From the NCBI GenBank assembly GCA_905178155.1, contig CAJINV010000005.1, forward strand, positions 2,975,754 to 3,039,753: a stretch of DNA of 64,000 bases. The letters are read 5' to 3'. This document shows positions 25,617-38,000 of this stretch, in pieces. The first letter of the stretch is position 1; each line of letters begins with the position of its first letter. The notes under the pieces were generated by a model. That model saw nothing but the letters and a program-made list of their open reading frames with translations. It was not told the DNA's origin and did not search any database. This DNA is from Amoebophrya sp. A120 (taxonomy: Eukaryota > Protista > Dinoflagellata). The position numbers and the translations under genes were made by a program.

Positions 25617-28600
25617 ATGGAGGGCGGCACGCTGTCCTATCCGGATGGCGGGGACCACCCGAAATATTTCATTAACAAGTGCGCCGAAGAGCAGGCCGAG
25701 GTGGATGCAAAGCATTGCGAGGAAGAACGGGTCCAAACGCTCGAGCTGCTCACCCGGCGCAACCGCAGCAGCTCTTTGCGCGGGGTTTCTCTCGCATTAA
25801 GCACGGCGACTGCGGCGCAAAAGGGAGAAACTGCGGGGCCGCGAGGAGGACTTCTACCGGGCGGCAATATTGCACCGGCGCAGCAGCAGCAGGACGTCAC
25901 TACACGAAGGAAAACGCCACATCAATCGCCCAGGACTGCTAGTCCGCCGCAGAGCAATCTTTTCGACATAGATCAAGACGATGGTGCTGTCGACCGATTG
26001 GAAAGTTTACGCAGGATCAGCGACGACTTGGTTCACCTCACGGGAGGAGCAGATGATGAACACGTCGGCGACCAGCTGCCGTTAATATTGCCTCCCCTTG
26101 CCATCGGGGACGAGGAAAGCGAAGACTCGGCTCTGCTTCGCTGGCTATGAAATGCAAAAGCATCGTACTAGTATAAATCGCATGACAAATTCCCTCAGCA
26201 TGAAAAATGGAATTTGTAATGCGGATTTAGGTTAAGATGGAGATTTGTAATGCATGATTGCGATTACTACGAGTGCGATACTTTTGCACAGGATACTGGC
26301 ACCGGGCGAACAAATTGATGTTCGAATTTCGCAACATCTCCTTCGAAGCAGCTATCACGATGAAAAATCCCCCCTCCCCAAATCAAAACGAAGTTTCTGA
26401 TGCTGGATTTGCGTACACAAATCAGGTTTGTCTTGCTGGCGAGGATTTCAGGCCCATATGAAGCCTGAGTAGATAGGTTTTGGCCTAGGCGCTTAGCATG
26501 ACAGACGTCTACGCTGTAGCTAAAACAGCATGACAAACCGGCTGTAGAATGCGGCGGAGCTTGTGGAGTTGCCTTCGTGCAACACAGAGACGATTTGTGG
26601 TCACAAATCAGCAACGCAAATTTTCGAAAACGTGCCTTGTCAACATGGGGAGGGGGGATTTTTCCTCTCAATAGCAGCTGGCTCATCATCTTCCTCCGGA
26701 AAGAAAACGTCAACGGCTGCAACCGGGATATCAAATGTAAAAATGTCTGGGTCTGGAAGAATCCAAGATTTGTGATGCAGGTTTTCCATGACCCATGAGG
26801 TCTGAAATGCGAGACCCAGCATGACAGATTTTTTGAGGTCTCGATCATGCCTTTCCTGCATGAGAAACTCCCTCTCAACTTGGTCAAAAGCGGACAGCTT
26901 TTGGCACTCACGCAACACAGATTTTTGCATCATTTAGATTTAGCATGACAAGTTCTAATCTTCCAGACCCAGACATTTTTGCAATCCATACGGGAACCGG
27001 AAAAGCAAAAAGCCGAAGAAACTCATCCTCGACAATTGCTTCGGGTGTTTCCGTATCAAATGTAAAAATGTCTGGGTCTGGAAACTTGTGATGCTGGGTG
27101 GCGTATCATGAGGAAGCCATAAGTGCTGGCTCAGCATGACAAGTTTCTGAGCTTCTAGGTGTTGCCTATTCTGCATGACAAACTGCGTTTTTGCATGACA
27201 GGAAATTGGGGCTCTTGGGTAACCTGCATGACAGGTTTAAGAGTCATGCCAGAGAAGCATGACAAGTCGCGCATTCTTCCAGACCCAGACATTTTTACAC
27301 TTGATATTCCGGCCCGGCGAGGTGACCGCGTTGATCGGACCGTCGGGCGCGGGGAAGTCCAGTTTGATGAACCTGCTCGCCGTATGCCCAGTGAAAACTA
27401 CGCTCCCGCCCCAGCAGATTTGTGATCTTGTGCAGATTATTCGCTGTATTTATTCTTGCGCGAATATAATTTGTATTGCGCCTGCTCGTCTCTATGAGAT
27501 CGAGATGCATGATCGTGGCCGTGAAGTAGATTTGTGGCATTTGTAAAATACTGTATTAACAGGCGTTGCCGAAATTGTGAAGATGCGGATATCGTTTCTA
27601 ATCACTACAACTAAGACCGAAGTGGTCGTGCATGCGTCAGCACTTCTACTCTAGACTTCTGGATTTTTCATTTCTGTAGCAAGATGACTAGGTGCTGGTG
27701 GGGACGCTTTTCCTGAGGATACGCCGCGCGGGTAAAGGGGTTGGAAAAGCTCAGGAAAAACGCGGTTCGGTACGGCGAGCGCGGGGTCACCGGTCCGGAA
27801 CTGCAGGACTCGGTGGCGTACGTCCTGCAAGACGACGTTTTCTTTCCGCACCAGACGGTGCGGGAAACTTTGGATTTCTACGCCCGGCTCCGCCTGCCCC
27901 CCTCCACCAGCTACGAGCAGAGACGGGAGAACGTGGAGGAGGTGTTGCGAACCTTGCAGTTGTCCCACATCGCGGATCAACTGGTCGGGGACCAGAGCCT
28001 GAAAACCATCTCCGGCGGGGAGCGGAAGCGCGTGGCCGTCGGGTGCGAGCTGATCCGGCGCCCGACGGTGCTGATGCTGGATGAGCCGACGAGCGGGCTG
28101 GATTCGTTGTCCGCGTTGAAACTGCTGGTGTACCTGAAAGAGATCGCGGTGGCGCAGCACGCGATCATCGTCTGTACCCTTCATCAGCCGGAGGCGCAGG
28201 TTTGGGACCAGGTGGACCGGGTGCTGTGCATGCGGGAAGGCCGAGTCTTGTTCCAGGGCTGGACGCGGGAGACCAGCGGGCTCGATCGGGGTCTCAGTCC
28301 GGCGGGGCGGGAAGATGAGACCGCTAAAGAACTTGCAAGTAGCCCGAATACAACGAGTGGTCAAAATGGAAGTAGTAGTCCTACAAGGACTTCGAGACGA
28401 GTAGCAGCTCTGGGACGAGCTATCATAGAAGTAGACACAGGAGCGCCGGGAATAAGTCCTGCGCCGTTTGGACGAGATAATCCATCTCCCACCAGTGGAT
28501 CGCGCGGGCACACCAGCTCCGGTAGTGCAAAAAAGGATCTCAGCGTCATATGCAACTTCCTGCAGACGATCGGGCATCCAATGCCAGCTGGCTACGGCTG

Positions 28601-31533
28601 CAGCGATTGGCTGGTTTATTTGGCACAGACAGTGAGCGATGCGGAGGCGGATTTCATTTGCGAGCAGACAGCGGCCGTGTTCGAAATTAGCTTCCCACCT
28701 GTAGATGAGGAGGAGGCGGGGATACCTTTGATTCCTCCACCCGATGACGGCGACGTTGCTGCCTTGAGTTCTCCGGAGCAGAGCCTCCACGGGCGCAAGA
28801 GTGCGGCGTCCGGGAGCACTAGTGCTTTTCGCGGCTCGCCTGTGAATGATTCGTCTGAGAAGGACTGGAAGATCAGCGTCACCAGCGGGCAGCCAAGAGT
28901 CTCCTCAGACCAGAACAACCGACACATCGAGACGACCCCGCAGTCTGTGCCTAGCAGTTACCCGGCTAGAGGCAGCAACGACGCGCTCCCAGGTGGAGCC
29001 AGGGGCTCCAATGTGCTGCACCTCCCACGACCGCGTTTTAACACGATAAAATCAGAAATTCACCACCCGACCGGGTCTCGATTGGTGCGAGCGCAGTCGA
29101 CACTGTCGCAGGTGGAGTTGCAGCCAGTTAGGAATTTGATAAGAGCGGTAAGCTTGATCAAGGACAACAGGAAAGTTGGCTGCCCGTTGACCGCGCTGCA
29201 GCGGGCGCACGCACAAAGACCGCGAAATCGAAGGACGGGGTATAATCTCCACCATGAACAAGAGGTCTATCCGCGGGGACAAGGAGACACTAGCAGCCCA
29301 GAGACCGATGAAGCAGATGAGAGTTCGAGTACCCATCTTCTGGCTGCGGTAAGACATGAAGGGTCTTCGGAGCTAAATGGGCACCGTGGGCAAGAAGAAG
29401 ACAAATCCTATGTGCGCAAATCCCTGCCCCCGTTCTTCACAAATCAGTTTCCCGCGCTGCTTGCGCGCATCCTCCGGGAGGATTGGCGGCGAAAAACCCC
29501 GATGCTGATGCGGTTTCTTTCCCCGGCGGTGCAAACGGCCATTATGGGCGCGGTGTTTTGGCAGATGGGCACGGACTTGTACAACGGCAGAACCGTAACG
29601 GGAGAGCAATTGCAAACAGAAGCAGACTTCGCGTCCGCGATCGTGAATTTGAACGGCGCGACGTTGAACACCTACACGGTGCTGCTCTTCACGGCCGCGG
29701 GCCAACAGGTGAGTTCTTTGGGCCGGGAACGGCCAATGTTCTTGCGGGAGTACACCAGCGGGATGTATTCTCTGTGGACCTACTTGCTGGTGCGGATGAT
29801 CGCGGAAATTGTCGTGATGGTATAATAGTCTTGATTTGCCCACCAACCTCACGTGAAAAAAATCGATTTTCATAAACTTAAGTCCGCTCGGGGGGAGGAG
29901 GTTTTGCGTTCTAACGCAGATGTTGTTGTCCACAGGCGCGGGGGTCAGCTATTCTTGATGTGCTGTACAACGACATCGCTAGGTGTTAAACAGGAACATT
30001 TTTGTAAACAAATGAGCGGGACGAGCTGGGGCAACAAGCGTAAGTCTAAAATGTACACAGGACGAGCAGTCATCCAAGAACTACTTAATATAATTGCGTG
30101 CAACTACACAAATTCACTTTCATTATCACAGCCACTCCAAGTCGGCCTGATCTACATCATCCTCTACTTCACGCTGGGTCTCTATGGAAGCGTCAGAATC
30201 GAAATCGACAAAGTCGAAAAATTTGTAATGCATAAGATCGATACCAGTTGGACCCAGGTCCTATAGTCGGCGCATGACAAATTTTCCCCGCGCCGGAAGC
30301 GAGTTTGTCATGCTGTTTAGGGCAAAAGAGCTCCCTGCTGTCATGCTAGTCAGCAGCCCAACACTTGACCCTTGCCAGGACTAGAATCCGCCTCCCTTGC
30401 ATCCTCTGCAATAGAGTCGCTTTTTGTGTGGCATTTTATGCATTACAGATAATTTCGACTTTGTCAATTTCGATTCTGACACTTCCATAGTCTCGGCGCA
30501 CACACCGCCCCCTGGTGGATCATGCTGTCCATGTTCCTGATATCATTTGTAAAAACGTCCCCACCCCAGAGTTGCAATGCAAATCTGCATGCTGAAAACG
30601 TTTCTCATGCGGAGACACATGAGAAGCAGCCTCTAGTCGTGTTTTTGGATTTGTGGTGCTAGAATCAGCATGATGTGCTAGATCTGTGATGCTGCTGAAC
30701 AAGCCAAACATGATTACACTACGAGGCCAAACTTGTCATGCGCAACAGCAAAAGCTGACAGATTTGTCTAGCAGATTTTCTACCTTGACTCTGGTGTGGG
30801 GACGTTTTTACTCAGGATACCTGACCGGTCTTGCCGGCGGCTCCATCGGCCTCTTCCTCGCCTCCGCGACGGCCAACCTGCCCGGAACCGCGATCGTTTG
30901 GGCGCCGTTTGTGCTCACGACGATCCCCAACAGTTTTGCCAATCCGTTTCGCCCCATCTCGCAGATTCCGAAATTCATATCCTGGCTGCAGTGGCTCGTA
31001 CCGATCCGCTTCGCGTATAACCTCCAGGGGTGGTTTTTGTTCTCCGAGCTGGGCAAGGATCTAAAATTCGCGGCAACGGATCCAGCCCGGTATCCGATGC
31101 AAATATGTCTGGGGCTGGAAGGATGCAACTTGTCACGCTAGTGCCTTCGGACTGTAAGTACATAAAATCTGTCTTGCATGCGAACTGCAAAAGAGATCCA
31201 GTTTTTGCTACGCGGAGAGGGCATTTTTCGTCCGGTATGGGCATATCGGAAAGCCCTCGCAGAATCTGGGATGCTAAAGGGCATGCAACACAGACATTAT
31301 GAGCCGTGGGTAATATGCATGACAAGCCTGGCACTCATCCAGACCACCCAGACATACTTGCAATGCATACGCGGGCCGACATCGCGATTGCGGCGAGAGA
31401 CTCCTTCTTCGAAAGTGAGTCCACTGTGTCGGATATCGGATTGTATCTAGGCGCGATTGTGGCCTTGCTGTTTGGCTTTCGGTTGTTCGCGGGCTCTTTT
31501 CTGCTGTGCAACAGCCAGAAAATGACGAGGTGA
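25617..31533 (+). CDS. ABCG (White-family) half transporter 2, tandem paralogue; 8 TIR elements plus one GT-AG intron (29820-30131)
   Basis: Reconstructed ILDNCFGCFRPGEVTALIGPSGAGKSSLMNLLAARV, ISGGERKRVAVG, MLDEPTSGLDS, CTLHQP and RERPMFLREYTSGMY. Confidence 0.93.
26146..26295. mobile_element. TIR introner (singleton, 150 bp)
   Basis: TATGAAATGCAAAAGCATCGTACT...AGTGCGATACTTTTGCACAGGATA; DR CTGGC. Removal restores LRWHRANKLMFEFRNISF. Confidence 0.88.
26353..26673. mobile_element. TIR introner, family E
   Basis: TATCACGATGAAAAATCCCCCCTCCCCA...TGGGGAGGGGGGATTTTTCCTCTCAATA; DR GCAGC. Confidence 0.9.
26729..26990. mobile_element. TIR introner, family A
   Basis: DR CGGGA; the body is the reverse complement of the RPL7A copy at 33403-33663. 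Confidence 0.93.
27054..27306. mobile_element. TIR introner, family A
   Basis: DR TTCCG. Removal restores GCFRPGEVTALIG. Confidence 0.94.
27383..27721. mobile_element. TIR introner, family C-like (diverged)
   Basis: TATGCCCAGTGAAAAC...GCTTTTCCTGAGGATA; DR CGCCG. Removal restores NLLAARVKG. Confidence 0.85.
30183..30489. mobile_element. TIR introner, family F
   Basis: TATGGAAGCGTCAGAATCGAAATCGACAAAGTCGAAA...TTTCGACTTTGTCAATTTCGATTCTGACACTTCCATA; DR GTCTC. Confidence 0.93.
30541..30819. mobile_element. TIR introner, family C
   Basis: DR CCTGA. Removal restores SMFLTGLAGGSIGLF. Confidence 0.92.
31091..31369. mobile_element. TIR introner, family A (diverged)
   Basis: DR CCCGG/CGCGG. Removal restores DPARADIAIAAR. 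Confidence 0.87.
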
Positions 31534-32351
31534 AGAAGGTTTTTGGAGTCGAAGCGGAAGGTTTTGCGGATTTTGAATAAAACTCCTGCAGTTTGGTTTG
31601 CACGACACTGTAATTTTTTTTGTGATCAGCTTGACGAGCGTACTGTTTAGAATCTCGTGAAGGGGAAATCGAGTAAAGGAGAAACAAGAAAAGGCGTGAC
31701 TGTCTGAAGTGCCTTGAACTTCTAACACCATGCGCAGGAGTTAGAAGAAAAAAAGAGAGTCCGAGGAGCTGACAGCTGTAGCTTTAAATTTGTTCAGTGT
31801 GATCCTCCACCCGTGATATTTAGATACCCTTGGTCCGCAGGCACAGTAGAGATGAACGATCTTCAAATTCCCAGTTCACTTCTAAAGATCTGGCTCTCGA
31901 TCGTGCAAAATTCCAGTTCAGTTTTAAAGATCTGACAACTGCAGTGCTATACGGCGAAAGCACCCTGATCGATGCCAAGAGATCTTCCGCGTTCTAAATC
32001 GGAAAGCGCGAGGATCTGTCGTTGGTGCAAGGTAACATTCCAAAGCCAAACGATCTAGATCACGAGGATCCGCGGACGATCTGTAAAAATATCCACGTTG
32101 ATGGAGATGTAAATATGGTCAAGTGGAAGATCATGTTGCTGTCTTTATGTTCTCGCAAACTACCATAGATTCATGATCTAAGGACGCACTGCAATTGGAA
32201 ACAAAGGTCACCAAAACTTCGAAACACTCTTCAAAACTCCTTCACAATCACGCGCAAAACACAGGGACCCTTTGAATCGGATTTTCTTCCTGATTCAAAC
32301 ACTCTACACGGGACGTGATTTAGGTTTTATCTCCACACAAAAAAACACAAG

Positions 32352-34015
32352 ATGCCGAAGGCTGAGATGAAGGGCAAGAAGTCTGCTGCGCAGAAGAAGA
32401 AGCTGCCGCAGGCCCCGCTGGGCGCTCCGGTCATCAAGGGAAACAAGAAGAACCCCCTGATTGAGAAGAAGGCCCGCAACTACCGCATCGGTGGCGACAT
32501 CCAGCCCAAGCGCAACCTGACCCGCTTCGTCAAATGGCCGCAGTACATCCGTTTGCAGCGCCAGAAGCGCATCTTCATGCAGCGCGCCAAGGTACAGGAG
32601 CGTGATGTGATGTGCTGTCTGGCATAATTTAAAAACACACATGTAGATTTGAACGCAAAGTTCTTTTGAGAGCAGATTTATATTTTTCTGCCTCGCATGG
32701 CGTGAAATGCGTTTTGATGCATGACAGAGTGTGCCGCTCATGCTAAAACCGCAATACCAAACTTTCTATCCAGGTCCCGCCCAGCGTTGCTCAGTTCAAC
32801 CACACCATGGACAAGTCTCAGTTCACGCAGCTGCACCGTCTGTGCAAGAAGATCGCTCCGGAGACCAAGGCCGACAAGAAGCAGCGCCTCAAGGACATGG
32901 CTGGTATTTACTTTACTATAGCTTATTTGAAGCATTACTTACTACTTGCGCGCATGAGCATAACAGAGAGAGATTTTGATGCCAGAAGGACTGCACGAGA
33001 AGCTTTTTTTTTCTGTCTCGAGCGCTATCAATTTGTACGCTCTTAAGTAGACATAGCGACGTGTTTTGGAATCTATATCCTCGTTCTATCTATGTACAAC
33101 TACTATCCCAAAATTGCCCACAGGCAAGGACAAGGAGACCGAAAACAAGTGCCCGCCGACCATCAAGTTCGGTATCAACCACGTTACGGAACTGGTCGAG
33201 TCCAAGAAGGCCAAGCTCGTCATCATCTCCCACGATGTCGACCCGATTGAGCTCGTCGTGTGGCTCCCGGCGCTGTGCCGCAAGAAGAACGTGCCGTTCT
33301 GCATCATCAAGTCCAAGTCCCGCCTCGGCCAGCTCGTCGGCCAGAAGACCTGCGCCGCCGCCTGCATCGTCAACGTCGCGAAGGAGGACCAGAAGGAACT
33401 GGTATCGAATGCAAAAATGTCTGGGTCTGGAAGGTGGGAACTTGTCATGGTAAATCTGAAGCGTGCATAGGTCTGTGTTGCATGAGTGCAAAAAGCTGCC
33501 CACTTTCGACCAAGTTGGGAGGGAGTTTCTCATGCAGGATAGGCATGGCGGAGACCTCGCAGAGTCTGTCATGCTACGTCCCGCATTCCAGGCCTCATGG
33601 GTCATCGAAAATCTGCATGACAAGTTTACACTCTTCCACACCCAGACATTTTTGCACTTGATGACTGGAAGTGCTGTGCGAATCCAGCATGTCCGCCTTC
33701 AACGAAAACAAGGAGGTCAGCCGCAAGTGGGGCGGAGGTAATGAGAACAGATCTTTTAGATATTTGGTGTTTGCATGATGTGTTACAAGACGCAGTTGGA
33801 GTAGAGGTTTATTTTTCTTTTTTCCGCATGAATAGTTGTGGATGAACAAGTGATCGTTTTGCATAGGACAAAGTGGTGAGTTGTACTATCACAAATGCAA
33901 TACAAAAAACCAACTTATTTCAGGTCTCGTCGGCCGCAAGTCCAACCACGTGCAGCGCCGTCGCCAGGCTGCCTTGGAGAAGGAACTGGCCAAGAAGACC
34001 GGTCTGATGATGTAA
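32352..34015 (+). CDS. RPL7A: 60S ribosomal protein L7a (eL8), 5 exons
   Basis: [78 protein letters not shown] and RKWGGG. Three GT-AG introns plus one TIR element. Confidence 0.97.
33403..33663. mobile_element. TIR introner, family A, in RPL7A
   Basis: DR ACTGG; right end is GATG (one mismatch). Removal restores DQKELEVLCES. Confidence 0.92.
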
Positions 34016-35073
34016 GTTGTGACGATCAACAACGACTCCACCTTCGGTTATTTCTTGAGGAGGGAACAAAAATTGTCAGCTTTTCGTCTGCGCAACGTGG
34101 TACTCTGTTGAAGTTGTATCGAAGAACATCCGTGCTGCACGCAAGTTGCATTCACGTGCAGCTCTTGTGAAGATGCAGAGGAGACGGAAAAATTGACGAG
34201 AAAACCTAAATTCATCTATCAGAGAAGGAAACGATGAAAACTGTCCCAGAGTGTCGAACCTAGAATCGCAAATCCGAATTCAACAAAAAAAGAGGAGAGC
34301 ATCAGCTTCTGAATTTTTCAGAGGTGGTGATGGCAGCATCCGCGCGACATATGATCTTGTGTCGGCTGTGATGGTGAGCGTTTTATCTGTGTTCGCGGTA
34401 CTTATCCGTGCTGAGAAGAAAGGCACGCGTTTGTCGGCCTATTCGTCGCTACACCGGTTTGTGCCAGTCTAAACATCTTTTATTTTATCGTGTACCAGCG
34501 AGTTTCGGTGCAACTGCAGTTCCATGTACGCTTCTTTTTCGAGCGTTTTTTTGGCACGCGCTCCTTGCACTCTCCAGATCTACTGTGCGCTCCGAAGACG
34601 GCGCGGCTTAGAAGCCCGAGCCGGTGAGAAAATCTAGCCCAGCGCCTGGGGTTTAGCCTGGATCCGCGCGGTCCAACTGCGTCGATATTTGTGTCACCTG
34701 CATTTGATCTGTTAGGTTTCCGACGACCGCCTGTTTTGATGTATGATGGTTTTGATGTTTTTGTATGGCAGCGCACGCGGAACTTTCAAAGACCGAGATC
34801 CATCTCCTACTCTTCTTGCGCAACGGAGTGTTATCTTCCTGCATCTGCAAGATTCATTACAGCTACAGTGGTGACTATCAGCGGACTAGTTTAGCTGGAG
34901 TACGTAGAACGCGCGTGAGCGAGGTTTTTTTCTTTAGAACTTCAACAGAGGCTCACTACCTGTATAGGCGCCGTACAATGAAGCTTTCTGCTTTCGGTTG
35001 GGACGATTTTTTTGTTGAAGCCTCGCATTGATCTCTATCGTCTCGAATTCCTTCCCCGACCCCGAAACCAAAA

Positions 35074-38000
35074 ATGTTGTCTCGAAGGAGAGGACCTTAC
35101 TCCGACCTACCCGCAAGACGGTGCATCACGGTGTGCGCGGTTTTGATGCTGCACGCGTCTTGTGGTGGTTGCAGGAGGGTATTCTTTAACAGTATCCTGC
35201 CCGCAGCCATCGATCCCGAGGAGTCGGTGCTCGGGCACAGGCCCGCAGACTTTGTTCGCCACCGCCGGGAGTCGATGTTGTTTTTGCCCGAAAATTTTCA
35301 GCAAGAGGAGGATCTAGCAGTAGAAGTGCGATCGCGGGAGGAAGAAGCGCCAGTGATTCAAGCTCGACCTCCATTTCCCGTGGCGAATACTCAACAAGTC
35401 GAACAAGAACGTCAGCCAAAGAACCCGGCAGTGTCGTGCTACTTGCCAACACAAGAGCAGCTGCCGGGGGGCGGTGGCGACCCCCTTCGCGATAATGATC
35501 TAGTACTTCCAGGTTTTCTTGCGACGAGCCATGCATCACTATCCGCGCGTGGAGGCGGGGAAGATGACGACAGAGATAGACAAAGACCTACCTTCATTGC
35601 GTATCCTGAGGAAAAACGTACCCACACCAGGGTCAAGATGAGGATCTCGCAACACAAATCGAGAAGTTTTGGGGGTCCAGCATGACAAGTTCGTCTAGGT
35701 ATTGCAGTGCAGTTTAGCAAGCACAGCCGCAACACAAATCCATCTACTCATCCTGTCGACAGTATTGCAAAGCGCAAAACGTGATTGGAAATGCCTCGCA
35801 TGTGTATGCGCATTACAAATCTTCCTGTAGCTGCAAATCTGCATTACAACTCTGGCGTGGGTACGTTTTTACTCAGGATACCTTCATCGCGGCGCCCTTC
35901 GTCCCGGAGACAGTTGCTTCGTCCAGCGGCGAGGGCTGCATATCAAATGTAAAAATGTCTGGGTCTGGAAGAATGCAACTTGTGATGCTGCGTTTGGATT
36001 CCAAAAAAATCTGTATTGCATGAGTACCAAAGGAAATACAATTTTTGCTACGCTGAGAAGGCATCTGTCATGCGGAATAGGCATCAAGAAGCCCCCAGAA
36101 AATCTGTATTGCTAGGGTATGCATCACAGACATCATGGCTCATGCAAAACGCGCATGACAAGTGTCAGAATCTTCCAGACCCAGACACTTTTGCACTTGA
36201 TACTGCACCCCCGCAAGCATTTCGCGTGGGGCTCCTTTCGAGGCGGGCGGGCACCACGATGTAGCGCCGGAGAGCCCCGTGGTTGTGTGTCGCGAGAGCC
36301 AGAGCGACCTGCCATCGGGCGATGTATCTGCTAGGGGTTCCGGTTCTTTCCCGTCGGAGTCCACAGCAGCGCCCGCAGACACTACAGTGGAGGAGGCCGT
36401 GCTGACGGAGCGGCAGGATGTTGAGCGTCCGCTTGAAATAGTTGCGGCTGTTCGTCCCCCGGAAGTAGTTGCAGGTCCTCTGCCAGAGCAGAACCGAAAC
36501 AACGCCCCGGAACAACAACATCGAGCGGACCGCGAAGAGGACCGGATTTACCTCCCGCCCGGGGAGCCTCTGGGCAAATTGCCCCGGTCGCGGAAGCAGT
36601 CGAAGAGTAGTAGCGGTGTCGGCAACGAGATCAAGCTGTTCTGGGACGGTGGATTGTCTTGGGACGGCTTCTCGTCCAGCAGTGAGGACGAGGATGAAGA
36701 CGACGAGCGTGACGGTCGCTCCCACCCCGGAGTCGAGTCCGAAGACGGGTCGTGCCTGCACAGACATGCGAAGGGCACCCGGAGAAGCAGAGCCGCAACC
36801 TACCTCGTCGGCCGAAAACCTAAATTCTTTCTCCTCAAATTCACTTCCGCCGCCTCCGCAGAGCCGATAGAAACGCCACGGGAGTACGTTTCCACCATGG
36901 AACTGAAAGACATCCGAGACGACATGCAGTTTTACTATTTGCGCACCGTGGACTTTCTCCAGCCGAATGGAAGAATGGAGAAAATTTCATTTGACAATAG
37001 ACCCTGCATCACTGCTGGGGACCTCGACTTCAGCTGCGGACCTTCGGGGGGAGGAGGAGCTGCTGCGAACAAGCAGGTGGATAAAAGTTCTTGTGTTGAC
37101 GATTATTATCAAGAGGAGAGAAAGACGTTCCAAAGTTCCACCGCCGGCAGTACTACGGGTAGCAGCTGCAGCACTTCGAACGATAATCGGCCTTCCTTCG
37201 TAGTGGATGAAGAAACAGAAACACCTACTACAGCAAAGCGGTCACTACAGACGAGGACCCTCCTGCTCGTCTTTGGCACCGGAAGAAGCACCGTGAAGGA
37301 ATTTCTCCACTTCTGGCAAGGCATTTTCGGAAAGCTGGAGCAGGAACACACTGACTATCCACAGAGAAAAACCCATGCACATCCAATTTGTCATGCAAAA
37401 CACGTCAAGCCACAGGGTAAATAAGCAGCAGTGGAAACCTAAGCTTTCCGGGAAGTCTTTTGCGCTTCTTTGTAAAGTTTTCATACCTTGTTCGAAGTAC
37501 CAGAAACAATTGAGAGGTGGCAATAGAGGTTGGAGTGAAAGAGGAAAAATAAGAAATATCTTCGACGGACGTATAAAGTCATGCGTTTGTCATGCAAAAA
37601 ATGGATGTGGATGGGTTTTTTTCTGTGGATACGGACAAGTCCACGTACGGCGCCGTCACACTGGCCGCCCGGTTTCCGCGCTCGTTGCGGCTCGGTTTGC
37701 CGAGCGGGTTCGTAAGGAATAGCTTCGGAACGCGAGTGAGAGACCAGGATGCAGCGGTAAATCTACTGACTAGTAGTTCTTGGTCGTCCATGCCCTCAAC
37801 CTTGAAGCACCACGCGCAGGCCCGGAGTGCACCTTGTTCTTCCACCGGCTCCCCATCCTCAAGTAGCTGCAGTAAGAATGCCCGTCTGCTCCGTCCGTAC
37901 TTCATTGACCGCGAACAAGGGCTGGCAGAGCAACGAGAACAGATCGAGAAGCACATCTGGCCGGCGTTACTGCAGGAGGCGAACGGGGTGTTGAAGGAAT

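Noticed and set aside
26760-26960. Recurrent peptides such as CKNVWVWK and [10 protein letters not shown] in many short ORFs, suggesting a protein family
   Set aside because: They are translations of the family A TIR, not genes.
27651-28790. 379-aa minus-strand ORF and other antisense ORFs
   Set aside because: These are shadows of GC3-rich plus-strand coding exons.
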